Part shown: piece after piece, positions 1 through 9,222 of the stretch | Numbering within the stretch: the first letter of the stretch is position 1 | Layout: each line of letters opens with the position of its first letter | Assembly (NCBI GenBank): GCA_051746985.1 | Contig: JBNJFP010000003.1 | Span: 52,018 to 116,017, forward strand | Direction of reading: 5' to 3' | DNA: 64,000 nt | Origin: Bacteroidota bacterium | GTDB lineage: Bacteria > Bacteroidota > Rhodothermia > Balneolales > Balneolaceae | Notes under the pieces: model-generated | What the model saw: only the letters and a program-made list of their open reading frames with translations | The model's database searches: none | Told to the model about the DNA's origin: nothing | Position numbers and translations under genes: made by a program

Positions 1-954
1 ACCGAAACCATTTTGGCAGTGGATTATGAATTTGGAACCAGAACCCATGATTTGGCTTATCAGATGACGGCACCCACTCAAGGTCGATGGGGACTCGCAA
101 AAGACCTTGTCAACAGTTATTTGATGGATGATGGCACTCCTTTTACGGATCAGTCCGACTTTGATACCATGGAATTCTATGAGGAGATGCAGAATCGCGA
201 TCCACGGTTGACCCAAACCACAGCAGGACCTGATTTTTCTACCTATGGCTCTGATGAACGTGAGCCTGTAGATTTGGATATAACCAGAACCGGATATCGA
301 GTGATAAAAGCCTTGCCTCCAAAAGGAGAGCAATGGGGTTCAGGTGGTTCGTATAATGATGTTATTCTTTTCCGTTATGCCGAGGCGTTGCTGGTTTATG
401 CTGAGGCAAAAGCCGAGCTGGGAACACTTACCCAGGGAGATTTGGATATGTCCATCAATGAATTGCGTGATCGGGTTGGAATGCCTGACTTAAATATGGC
501 TGATGCGAATGCAAATCCCGATTCTTATCAGGAATCCCTGTATGATAATGTTGACCAAGGCGCAAATAAAGGAGTCATTCTGGAGATTCGCCGAGAACGA
601 AGAATTGAGCTGGTGAACGAAGGCTTCCGATGGGATGACATCATGCGTTGGAAAGAAGGACAAATATTTGAAGACCCAATAAGAGGTTTATACTTCTCAG
701 GTTTGGGTGCTCATGATTTTAATGACGATGGTGATGCCGATGTATATGTCCATGATGGTGATGATTCTGGAGCCCCCGACGAGGTAACTTCCACAGTAAA
801 TATTAATGAAAGGCAACTTACTGATGGCGATTCTGGAAACATGGAACTGTTCCAGGGAGGATCATTTGATGAATCCAAGGATTACTATTATCCGATACCT
901 CGTGAAGACTTAGAGTTAAACGATAATTTAGAGCAAAATCCGGGCTGGGATTAA
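1..954 (+). CDS. RagB/SusD-family nutrient-binding outer-membrane lipoprotein, C-terminal part (5' end lies outside the window)
   Basis: The frame is open from base 1 to the stop at 952-954. SusD-type C-terminal stretches FRYAEALLVYAEAKAEL and RRERRIEL..FRWDDIMRW are present. Confidence 0.85.
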   Translation, partial: TETILAVDYEFGTRTHDLAYQMTAPTQGRWGLAKDLVNSYLMDDGTPFTDQSDFDTMEFYEEMQNRDPRLTQTTAGPDFSTYGSDEREPVDLDITRTGYRVIKALPPKGEQWGSGGSYNDVILFRYAEALLVYAEAKAELGTLTQGDLDMSINELRDRVGMPDLNMADANANPDSYQESLYDNVDQGANKGVILEIRRERRIELVNEGFRWDDIMRWKEGQIFEDPIRGLYFSGLGAHDFNDDGDADVYVHDGDDSGAPDEVTSTVNINERQLTDGDSGNMELFQGGSFDESKDYYYPIPREDLELNDNLEQNPGWD

Positions 955-996
955 TAGATTGTAAATGACAGGCGGCTTCAAACTACTTCCTTATAA

Positions 997-1024
997 CCCT
1001 TCCTGGATTTTCAGGAAGGGTTTA
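997..1024 (+). terminator. stem-loop downstream of the SusD gene
   Basis: ACCCTTCCTG-GATTTT-CAGGAAGGGT forms a perfect 10-bp stem followed by TT. It lies 43 nt after the stop codon. Confidence 0.55.
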
Positions 1025-1179
1025 GGGAGTTTAAAAGCCTCTTAAAGTCAATTTTTTATCATTTGAATACGGCTTGATTTAATCGAAAATCACTCCAACA
1101 GCTACTACTGATTACGAAATTATAATTCAAATAGTCGCAGTGGCAAGGTGACTATAGATATTGGGATACAGCCGGATTT

Positions 1180-2100
1180 ATGCTCCCATTAAAATATATC
1201 GGCTGCTTATTCTTCCTATGTACAATGCTGTTTGGATGCAATCAGCCGGATGAAACAAAAGAATTGAAATTAATCGGTCATCGCGGTGCTATGGGATTAC
1301 TACCCGAAAATACCATTCCCGGTTTCATAAAAGCTATTGAACTGGGAGTCAACGGGATCGAGTTGGATGTAGCCATATCTGGTGATGATCAAGTGGTTAT
1401 TTCTCATGAACCTTGGTTTCGTCATGATATATGTCTGACGCCCGAAGGGGATTCTATCGATAAGAAAACACAAAAAAATCATCTTATTTACGATATGAGC
1501 TATGAGCAGATTGCCAAATACGATTGTGGTTCTGTTCAGCATCCCAACTTTCCGGATCAGCAAACACAAACTCTGTCGAAACCGTTATTAAAAAAAGCTA
1601 TCAATGAGATAGAGTCGTTCATAGCCGAAAATAATTACGATCCGGTTTCCTATCATGTTGAATTTAAAAGGAAATCTTCATGGGATAACGAGTTGCAGCC
1701 TGAGCCATCCCGGGTGGTGCAGCTGGTGTACGATGAATTGGCTGAACTGCAGATTTTGGATCGAGTTACTGTTCACTCCTTTGATGAGCAAATGCTTCAG
1801 GAGTTCAAGGAAATTGATTCCTCGGTTCCGCAGATGTATTCCATCCCAAAGAAAAACAACGACCTGGAATCGAATATTGCTACACTGACCTACAATCCGG
1901 GCGTTTATTTCCCTAATTACAGGTCAGTAGATACAACTCTTGTAAAACAGGCTCATGATAATGGGATGCGTATTATTCCCTGGACTGTTGATGAATATGA
2001 TGATATGATTAACCTGATTGATGCAGGCGTTGACGGTATTTTATCTAACTACCCTGACAAATTTGAAAAGGTCAGGAAGTATCAAGGAACTTCAGATTAA
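1180..2100 (+). CDS. glycerophosphodiester phosphodiesterase (GDPD family), lipoprotein
   Basis: GDPD N-terminal motif HRGAMGLLPENTIPGF and ELDV are present. The signal peptide carries the lipobox LFGC. Confidence 0.85.
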   Translation: MLPLKYIGCLFFLCTMLFGCNQPDETKELKLIGHRGAMGLLPENTIPGFIKAIELGVNGIELDVAISGDDQVVISHEPWFRHDICLTPEGDSIDKKTQKNHLIYDMSYEQIAKYDCGSVQHPNFPDQQTQTLSKPLLKKAINEIESFIAENNYDPVSYHVEFKRKSSWDNELQPEPSRVVQLVYDELAELQILDRVTVHSFDEQMLQEFKEIDSSVPQMYSIPKKNNDLESNIATLTYNPGVYFPNYRSVDTTLVKQAHDNGMRIIPWTVDEYDDMINLIDAGVDGILSNYPDKFEKVRKYQGTSD

Positions 2101-2101
2101 A

Positions 2102-3364
2102 ATGAACACCTCAAATTTTTTAATGGTCAAGGCCTGGATAAAATATCCCGTTATCATTCTGCTCCTGCTTTTAGTGGGATGTGGAGAGGATCCTGTTCAG
2201 TCCGATTCTGATCCGCCGGAGGAACCCGTCCCTGCCGAACCGGTGGAAGAAGCACAGCCAGAGGTGCTGTTTACCGAAGCTGATTTGATAGAAGATGGGG
2301 AGCAGTCAACAGTAATCATCGACAGATTAATTGATCTTATTGATGCGACGCCCGAAGATGGCTCTATCTATATTTCAATCTATTTGTTTGAGTACGAACC
2401 GTTATTGGAAGCCCTGGAAAGAGCTCATACTAGGAATGTGAGTTTGAATGTCATGATGGATATGAGTGATCGCAGCAATAATACGAACACAGCCGATAAA
2501 TTAAGAGCGCTGGGTGAGAATGTGAAGATTGTCAGTATTCGTAATAATGCAAGTGCATCAGCGATTAATCACAATAAATTTGTATTGTTGCCCGAAGTAG
2601 AAACCGAGGAAGGTATGGCAGAAGATCTGATCTTTCAGACTTCTCAGAATTTTACAGAATCAGGGTTAGGAAAAATTCAGGATGGGACGATCCTGTCCAA
2701 CAAAGATTTGTATCAGGCGTATCTGGATTACTGGGAAGACATGGATAAGCTGTCCGACAATCAGATGAAAAGTTTTAGTTACCGCGAATATGAGGATGAT
2801 GAAACGGGAACGACGGCCTATTTTTATCCCAAAAGAAAAGATGGTGAAGCCTACGGAGATGATACCATTATTGAAATACTTGATGATATCGACGATCCTT
2901 CTACGGCGACGGTTAAAATCGGGATGTCTGCCTGGACGGATTCTCGAATGGTCATTGTAGATAAATTATCAGAGTTGCTATCGCAAGGTGCTGATCTACA
3001 AGTAGTTACAAAAAGTGGCATTGGCGAAGAAACATATGATGAGCTGCGTCAATTAAGTGATGATGGAGCTACAGTAAAAATATACAATATGGAAAATTCG
3101 GGTGAGCCTAAAATTAACATGCATTCCAAGTTTATGATGATCGATGCTGTTTGGGATGGGGAGGATACCAACCTGTTGTTTACAGGGACACAAAATTTTA
3201 CGATGAATGCGCTAAGAAATAATAATGAAGTGTCACTTTTATTTAGAGATCATGATTTTTTCAGCAAGTATGAAGATTATTTCGAAGAACTGAAGAGCCT
3301 TCCGGGTGTTTGTTGTGATACCCAAAATGCCAAGGATTTTAATTTAACTGTAAAGAAAAGGTAA
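2102..3364 (+). CDS. phospholipase D-like (HKD superfamily) secreted lipoprotein
   Basis: Two HKD-type motifs are present (INHNKFVLL and NMHSKFMMID) plus the lipobox LVGC. I chose the ATG at 2102 because the track start at 2018 overlaps the GDPD gene by 83 nt. Confidence 0.75.
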   Translation: MNTSNFLMVKAWIKYPVIILLLLLVGCGEDPVQSDSDPPEEPVPAEPVEEAQPEVLFTEADLIEDGEQSTVIIDRLIDLIDATPEDGSIYISIYLFEYEPLLEALERAHTRNVSLNVMMDMSDRSNNTNTADKLRALGENVKIVSIRNNASASAINHNKFVLLPEVETEEGMAEDLIFQTSQNFTESGLGKIQDGTILSNKDLYQAYLDYWEDMDKLSDNQMKSFSYREYEDDETGTTAYFYPKRKDGEAYGDDTIIEILDDIDDPSTATVKIGMSAWTDSRMVIVDKLSELLSQGADLQVVTKSGIGEETYDELRQLSDDGATVKIYNMENSGEPKINMHSKFMMIDAVWDGEDTNLLFTGTQNFTMNALRNNNEVSLLFRDHDFFSKYEDYFEELKSLPGVCCDTQNAKDFNLTVKKR

Positions 3365-3369
3365 CCAAT

Positions 3370-4752
3370 ATGAAGAACTATAAACTGCTGTTTGTTCTTG
3401 CGATTTTTTGTCTGTCATCAGCTGCAGCATATGCTCAGGGCGAAAATGAGTCGCCAAATGTAGTGATCATTTTAACAGATGATATGGGATATGCCGATGT
3501 AGGAGCCTATGGCGCTCCCAAGATTGAAACGCCTGAAATTGATGATTTGGCAAGTCAGGGGACAAAATTTACCGATTTTTATGTAGAAAGTCTTTGTTCT
3601 CCCACCCGGGCCGCGTTAATGACGGGCAGCTATGCACATCGTACTGGCAACTCGGGTGTTTACTGGCCTGATTCTGATGAAGGGTTAAATCCCGATGAAA
3701 TTACGATTGCAGAAATGCTAAATAATGAGGGCTATAACACCGGTATGGTTGGGAAATGGCATTTAGGACACCGTGACCTCTTCTTGCCAACCAACCAGGG
3801 TTTCGACTACTACTTTGGCCTTCCGTTTAGTAACGATATGGGTCCGGATGCACGACCGGCAAAGGGACCGTATGATCCATTGCCAGTTATGCGCAATGAA
3901 GAAGTGGTTGAACGCGGCCCTGACCAGAGTCAGTTAACCAAACGATATACCGAAGAAGCCGTTCAGTTTATTGAGGATAAAAAAGACGAAGACGACCCAT
4001 TTTTTCTTTATTTAGCCCACACCATGCCGCACGTTCCGCTGTATGCCAGTGAGGAATTCGAAGGAAAATCGGATTTTGGGTTGTATGGCGATGTGATAGA
4101 AGAAATTGACTGGAGCACCGGACAGGTAATGGATGCCTTAGAGGAAGCTGGCGTTAAAGATAATACGTTGGTTGTTTTTCTTTCGGATAACGGTCCCTGG
4201 CTGCAGAAAGGAAAAGATGGTGGTCTGGCAACTCCGCTTCGCAATGGAAAAGGCACAAGCTGGGAGGGCGGACATCGGGTTCCCGCAATTATGAGTTTGC
4301 CCGGTGAAATCCCTGAAAATTCAACAATTAAAGAGATGGCTACCGTAATGGATTTGTTTCCGACATTAGCCCATTTGACAGGAGCTGATACCCCCGAAGA
4401 CCGGGTAATTGATGGAAAAAATATTTGGCCGCTTCTGACCGGCGAATCCGAAGAAACACCTCATGAAGTTTATTTTTACTATCGCTTAAAAAAGTTACAG
4501 GCAGTGCGTATTGGGGACTGGAAGCTTCATCTTGAAGGAAAAAGAAGAGACTATAATAACGTGAATTATGATTATTCCAAGGATTTCGTTTTCGAACAGG
4601 ATGAAGAGTTATATAACCTCGCGGAAGATGTTGGGGAACAACGGAATTTGGCTAAGGATTATCCAGAAATTGTAGAAAAACTTAAAAACGCCGTTAAGGA
4701 ACACAAAAAGGAGATTAAGAAAAATTCACGTCCTGAGGGTTCTGTAGAGTAA
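3370..4752 (+). CDS. arylsulfatase-family sulfatase (formylglycine-dependent)
   Basis: Signal peptide, N-terminal metal site LTDDMGYAD and formylglycine motif CSPTRAALMTG (C-x-P-x-R) are all present. Confidence 0.9.
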   Translation: MKNYKLLFVLAIFCLSSAAAYAQGENESPNVVIILTDDMGYADVGAYGAPKIETPEIDDLASQGTKFTDFYVESLCSPTRAALMTGSYAHRTGNSGVYWPDSDEGLNPDEITIAEMLNNEGYNTGMVGKWHLGHRDLFLPTNQGFDYYFGLPFSNDMGPDARPAKGPYDPLPVMRNEEVVERGPDQSQLTKRYTEEAVQFIEDKKDEDDPFFLYLAHTMPHVPLYASEEFEGKSDFGLYGDVIEEIDWSTGQVMDALEEAGVKDNTLVVFLSDNGPWLQKGKDGGLATPLRNGKGTSWEGGHRVPAIMSLPGEIPENSTIKEMATVMDLFPTLAHLTGADTPEDRVIDGKNIWPLLTGESEETPHEVYFYYRLKKLQAVRIGDWKLHLEGKRRDYNNVNYDYSKDFVFEQDEELYNLAEDVGEQRNLAKDYPEIVEKLKNAVKEHKKEIKKNSRPEGSVE

Positions 4753-4817
4753 TTTAATTTAGTTAACTCGACTTGTTAATGGCATAAGATTAAAATAGCA
4801 AAGAGGTTAGTTTAAGA

Positions 4818-6377
4818 ATGAATTCGAGATTCTTTTTATTTCTATTATTGGTAATATCGTTGTTTGCAGAAATAAGTTTTGCCCAGCAGGATAAATCCCC
4901 CAAAACTGCAAAGGGATATGTTTATGAAGACATTAACCAAAACGGTGAAAAAGATTCCGAAGAAGAAGGTATTGCCGATGTAATGGTTTCCAATCAGAAG
5001 GATGTAGTTCTAACCGATGAGGACGGTGCCTACGAGCTCCCGGTCGAAGAAAATTCCATCATAAGCGTATCGAAGCCGGCCGAGTATTCATTTGCTAAAA
5101 ATGAGAATAATCTGCCGCAGTTTTATTACGTCCATAAACCGGACGGCTCTCCAGACTTAAAATTTGAGGGTTTTGAAGCTACCGGTTCTATTCCTGATCC
5201 CCTGAATTTTCCGCTCATACCATCCCAAAAGAAAACAACATTTAAGGCTATTGTTTTTGGGGATCCCCAGCCGCGCACAGGCGAAGATCTTTCCTATTAC
5301 AGGGATGATGTACTCTCCGAGCTTGCGGGTACCGATGCGGATATCACCTTGGTGTTGGGAGATATCATGTTTGATGATCTCTCGTTGTACCCGCGGTACA
5401 ATCGAATGATGAAAACATTGGAAATGCCGGTTTTTAACTTGTTTGGCAATCACGATATTAATTTTGATACCGATGGAAATAAACATGCCCGGGAAACTTT
5501 TAAAAAACAATATGGACCCACTTATTTTTCATTTGAGCAGGGAGATGTCCATTTTATTGCATTAAATAATATTGATTACCTTGGCGAAGATGCAGAATAT
5601 CCACCTTACCGGGGATACATCGACAGCAAGCAGTTGGAATGGGTCGAAAATACGGTAGAACATATTGACGATGACAAACTCATTGTGTTACTCTCGCATA
5701 TTCCGATGTATTCTAATGGTGAGAGTGAAACACAAAATATTGTGAACAGGGATGAGCTGTTAGAGATATTTTCCGATCGTGAAAACTTGCTTTATTTAAG
5801 CGGTCATCGCCACAGAATTTTTCACCATTTTTTGGATGATGAGATTGATAACATTACCCCCAATACGATCCATCACATGGCACTGACGGCCGCATCTGGA
5901 GCCTGGTGGGGTGGTCCGAAAGATCACAGAGGCATTCCTATTACGCATCAGCGAGATGGGGTGCCTAATGGGTATCATATTTTTGAGTTTGATGGTAATA
6001 GTTATAAAGAACGGTATAAAGGGGCTGGGCATGCTAAAGATCATCAAGTTCGTATAGAACGACCCAAAAGCAGTTTGACGCTCGAAGAGTATGAAGACTC
6101 GGAATTCATGGTTAACGTTTTTAATGGAAACGAGCGATCAAAGGTGTTATTTCGGATAAGTGGGACAAGTGAATGGAGAGAAATGGAGCAAATGGATCGC
6201 GCCTTTTCTCCCTATTTAAAAGATATCACCGGAGGTGATATAAAAGCGGGATATACACCACATTTTTGGACGGCAGACCTTCCCGCCCTCGATAAGGGAA
6301 TTCATAAAATAGAAGTACTAACACGAGATATGTATGGCAAAGAGTACCGTGAGACAAAAGTCATAGAAATCGACTAA
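4818..6377 (+). CDS. calcineurin-like metallophosphoesterase with N-terminal Ig-like/SdrD-B-like domain
   Basis: Signal peptide is present. Metallophosphoesterase motifs are VFGDPQP, LGDIMFDD, FGNHD, LSHIP and SGHRH. Confidence 0.8.
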   Translation: MNSRFFLFLLLVISLFAEISFAQQDKSPKTAKGYVYEDINQNGEKDSEEEGIADVMVSNQKDVVLTDEDGAYELPVEENSIISVSKPAEYSFAKNENNLPQFYYVHKPDGSPDLKFEGFEATGSIPDPLNFPLIPSQKKTTFKAIVFGDPQPRTGEDLSYYRDDVLSELAGTDADITLVLGDIMFDDLSLYPRYNRMMKTLEMPVFNLFGNHDINFDTDGNKHARETFKKQYGPTYFSFEQGDVHFIALNNIDYLGEDAEYPPYRGYIDSKQLEWVENTVEHIDDDKLIVLLSHIPMYSNGESETQNIVNRDELLEIFSDRENLLYLSGHRHRIFHHFLDDEIDNITPNTIHHMALTAASGAWWGGPKDHRGIPITHQRDGVPNGYHIFEFDGNSYKERYKGAGHAKDHQVRIERPKSSLTLEEYEDSEFMVNVFNGNERSKVLFRISGTSEWREMEQMDRAFSPYLKDITGGDIKAGYTPHFWTADLPALDKGIHKIEVLTRDMYGKEYRETKVIEID

Positions 6378-6441
6378 ATCACATATAGACGAAGGAACTA
6401 TTTAACCATCATTAACGGCAGATCAATAAAAGGGGACTATT

Positions 6442-7506
6442 ATGGCAGAATTTTCTGATTTATGGGCATTAGGAATGTTATTGGCGGCTTTTGCCGGCGG
6501 CGCTTTTGGCAGCTCGCTGGGAGCTCTACCGGCGTTTATCTTTACGGGCTTTTTGGTGATGATCGGGGAAACAGCCAGCATACTAAGCGGTGATTTATTA
6601 GAGATGTTAGAAATGAATGCCGAATTGGCAAACTCAGCGTCTATCACCGGCTCACTTGGCTTTGGTCCGGTATTTGGTCCGCACATAAGTTTTGCTGCCG
6701 GGGCTGCTGCTTCGGCCTATGCCTCTAAAAAAGGCTATATGGATACCGATTTTCCTTACCACGAAGCGAAAAATATTGGTTACGCTTTGGGTACAAGACC
6801 TGATGTACTTTTTGTCGGTGGATTATTCGGGATTCTCGGCTATTGGATTACCACCCTTTCCACCATCATGGAATTGCCCTGGGATCCTATTGCCATAGCG
6901 GTAGTCCTATCAGCAATCATTCACCGAGTCGTGTTTGGTTTTGATATTATTGGGGACAGCAAAGGTGGGCTGTTGAATATGAAACCTTTTGAAGACGATG
7001 AACGCCGCGTAATCGGTGAAGCGGCCACAGAAGAAAAGGGATCAGAAGCTCGTCTAACGGTTGAGCCCTGGCTGGCTCATCAGTATAAATGGGGCAATGT
7101 CTCGATGTTAGGAGCTGTGGTTGGAATTCTTGCAGCCTTCATCACCTACAAAACGGGTAGTGTATTTTTGCCGTTCGGCATAAGTGCCGCCACCCTGCTG
7201 TTTCTGAACTGCGGCGTGGCCAATATTCCGGTGACCCATCATATGTCGTTAATAGCAAGTACCGTTATTGTTGCAGCTACCGGCGGGGAATACCTGGATA
7301 GCTCATTAGCTGCCATGTTGTTGTTGGGTGGGCTGTTTGGCGTGATAGCTGCCCTATTTGGTGAGCTTATACAAAGAGTATTTTATGCCCATGCCGATAC
7401 GCATTTCGATCCGCCCGCAGCTGCCATCGTATTGGGAACGCTTCTAATCGCCATATTAGCCATGGCCGGAGTATTTCCATCCAGCGCCTGGATACCACTG
7501 CCGTAA
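6442..7506 (+). CDS. polytopic membrane protein, family not recognised
   Basis: 354-aa ORF with about 9 Gly/Ala-rich hydrophobic segments. I recognise no catalytic motif. Confidence 0.6.
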   Translation: MAEFSDLWALGMLLAAFAGGAFGSSLGALPAFIFTGFLVMIGETASILSGDLLEMLEMNAELANSASITGSLGFGPVFGPHISFAAGAAASAYASKKGYMDTDFPYHEAKNIGYALGTRPDVLFVGGLFGILGYWITTLSTIMELPWDPIAIAVVLSAIIHRVVFGFDIIGDSKGGLLNMKPFEDDERRVIGEAATEEKGSEARLTVEPWLAHQYKWGNVSMLGAVVGILAAFITYKTGSVFLPFGISAATLLFLNCGVANIPVTHHMSLIASTVIVAATGGEYLDSSLAAMLLLGGLFGVIAALFGELIQRVFYAHADTHFDPPAAAIVLGTLLIAILAMAGVFPSSAWIPLP

Positions 7507-7521
7507 GTTAGCTGGAAATAT

Positions 7522-7550
7522 AAGGCAACACGAGTATTAGGTGTTGCCTT
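7522..7550. terminator. stem-loop after the membrane protein gene
   Basis: AAGGCAACAC-N9-GTGTTGCCTT forms a perfect 10-bp stem 16 nt after the stop. No U-tract follows on the + strand. Confidence 0.4.
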
Positions 7551-7713
7551 AAAAATATTGAGATCAAGAAGCTGTAGAAAAATCGGGTATCATTTAAAAT
7601 GATACCCGTCGAAAGGAATAGCCTCCTCATCCCGATCCAAAAAAATTAAATCGCCGACTCAAAAAAATGGTCGGAGGTTGCAACAAGACACTTCTTATGC
7701 ATTAAAATAAAGA

Positions 7714-7737
7714 GCGGCATCACTTGCCGCTTTTTTT
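7714..7737 (+). terminator. intrinsic terminator (hairpin plus T7)
   Basis: GCGGCA-TCACT-TGCCGC is followed by TTTTTTT and preceded by an A-rich tract, so it may work in both directions. It lies 200 nt from the nearest + strand stop codon. Confidence 0.6.
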
Positions 7738-7855
7738 ATTCAACACTTTAACGTACCATGGGGATCCATTTGAATAGGTTCTGTTGCAGGTTTGGATCCC
7801 AAAAGGAACTTTTTTAATCATGTTCCGTTTTGACGAGTGTTGAAGTACATTTTTT

Positions 7856-9115
7856 ATGAATAAAAAATCACTCAATCCCGTTGGTTCCGATGAGCGCATC
7901 CACGTTCTGGATGCCCTGCGAGGTTTTGCTATATTTGGCATCTTTGTGATCAATATTCGGGTTTTTAGCGGCTATTCCTACATGCTTGATGAGGCTAAAT
8001 CCGAGCTGTTGCTTTCTGATTGGAATGCTGCTTTTGACTGGATCCATACGGTGTTTTTCGGTGGCAAGTTCTACACGCTCTTTTCCCTATTGTTCGGCAT
8101 AGGGTTTGCCATCCAGTTTATTCGGGCATCTTCAACCGATCGCTCTTTCAAGTTGCACTTCAGCCGGCGGTTGTTTTTTCTTTTGTTGATTGGGTTGGTC
8201 CACCTGTGGGGAATTTGGTTTAGCGATATCCTCGTTATTTATGCGCTATGTGGATATATCCTGTTGTTGTTCAAAGATTTTTCTGACCGAGGGTTGCTCT
8301 GGACCGCCTTTCTTATACTGCTATTACCCGGCTTGCATGCTTTATACCTGCAAATGGCTGATGGTGGTTACACCAATTCGCTTTATCAGATGCTTTCCGA
8401 AGCGTGGACTTCAGCCGAGCTGCCGAAAGCATCCGATGAATACGAAACCTTCCAGATGCGTGATTTGGTAGAGGTGATCCAAAGCAGTTCGTGGAGTACG
8501 GTCCTTTCTTTTAATTATATTGGTCCGCTTTTAAGAGGATATGTTATTTTTTTGGATGCAAGGCTTTTCAAGGTGCTGGCGGTATTTATCTTGGGCTTGT
8601 GGACCGGCCGACAGCTGATGTTGCACAAATTGCATGAAAATCGCTCTTTACTCATTCGGATCGCATGTTGGGGCATTGCAATTGGTATCCCCCTAAACAT
8701 TTTTTACGGAATGGATAATCCAACCAACCTTCATGACTCGACCTTTATTTTAGCCCAGGATGCACTTGCCCCATTCGGGTACGTAAGCCTGACGGCTGGA
8801 TATGCGGCCTCGTTCATGTTACTGTACCGAACACACCTCAAAGGTATTTTTACCCGGCTTTTCAATGCTGTTGGTAAAACAGCCCTGTCAAATTATATAC
8901 TGCAATCTGTTATTGGAATAGTCCTATTTTACGAGATTGGATGGGGGATGGGCCAGTATTTGGGATCGGCCTATTTAACACTCGGCGTATTCATTGTTTT
9001 TGGATTCCAGATTATCATCAGCAATATCTGGCTTAAGCGCTACCGTTACGGACCGCTTGAGTGGTTTTGGCGTGTGCTCACCTACGGCCGCTATATTCCA
9101 AACAAACGAAACTAA
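7856..9115 (+). CDS. DUF418/YeiB-like membrane protein
   Basis: 419 aa. The N-terminus IHVLDALRGFAIFGIF, about 10 TM segments and the C-terminus YRYGPLEWFWRVLTYG are typical of the YeiB/DUF418 family. Confidence 0.8.
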   Translation: MNKKSLNPVGSDERIHVLDALRGFAIFGIFVINIRVFSGYSYMLDEAKSELLLSDWNAAFDWIHTVFFGGKFYTLFSLLFGIGFAIQFIRASSTDRSFKLHFSRRLFFLLLIGLVHLWGIWFSDILVIYALCGYILLLFKDFSDRGLLWTAFLILLLPGLHALYLQMADGGYTNSLYQMLSEAWTSAELPKASDEYETFQMRDLVEVIQSSSWSTVLSFNYIGPLLRGYVIFLDARLFKVLAVFILGLWTGRQLMLHKLHENRSLLIRIACWGIAIGIPLNIFYGMDNPTNLHDSTFILAQDALAPFGYVSLTAGYAASFMLLYRTHLKGIFTRLFNAVGKTALSNYILQSVIGIVLFYEIGWGMGQYLGSAYLTLGVFIVFGFQIIISNIWLKRYRYGPLEWFWRVLTYGRYIPNKRN

Positions 9116-9222
9116 CTGCCAGTTTGGGAACACAGCGGATTCAAATCCGTTGACATACTAAAAAACTGGAAATTAAGTTTATAACACCGGGCAGTCGTTC
9201 GCATTAAAACTTGTGTCAATTT

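Noticed and set aside
2018-2101. Track start codons that extend ORFs into upstream genes (PLD at 2018, E2 at 21590, E1 alpha at 23556, acyl-CoA synthetase TTG at 25276, cytochrome-porin at 25476)
   Set aside because: The extensions overlap neighbouring genes or lack signal-peptide logic. Internal ATGs give canonical N-termini (lipobox, lipoyl domain, MATKKK, signal peptide).
9134-9150. GCGGATTCAAATCCGT resembling a tRNA T-arm (possible tRNA fragment or integration scar)
   Set aside because: The stem closes a 4-nt loop rather than a 7-nt T-loop. No acceptor, D or anticodon arms are found, and no integrase or direct repeat lies nearby.
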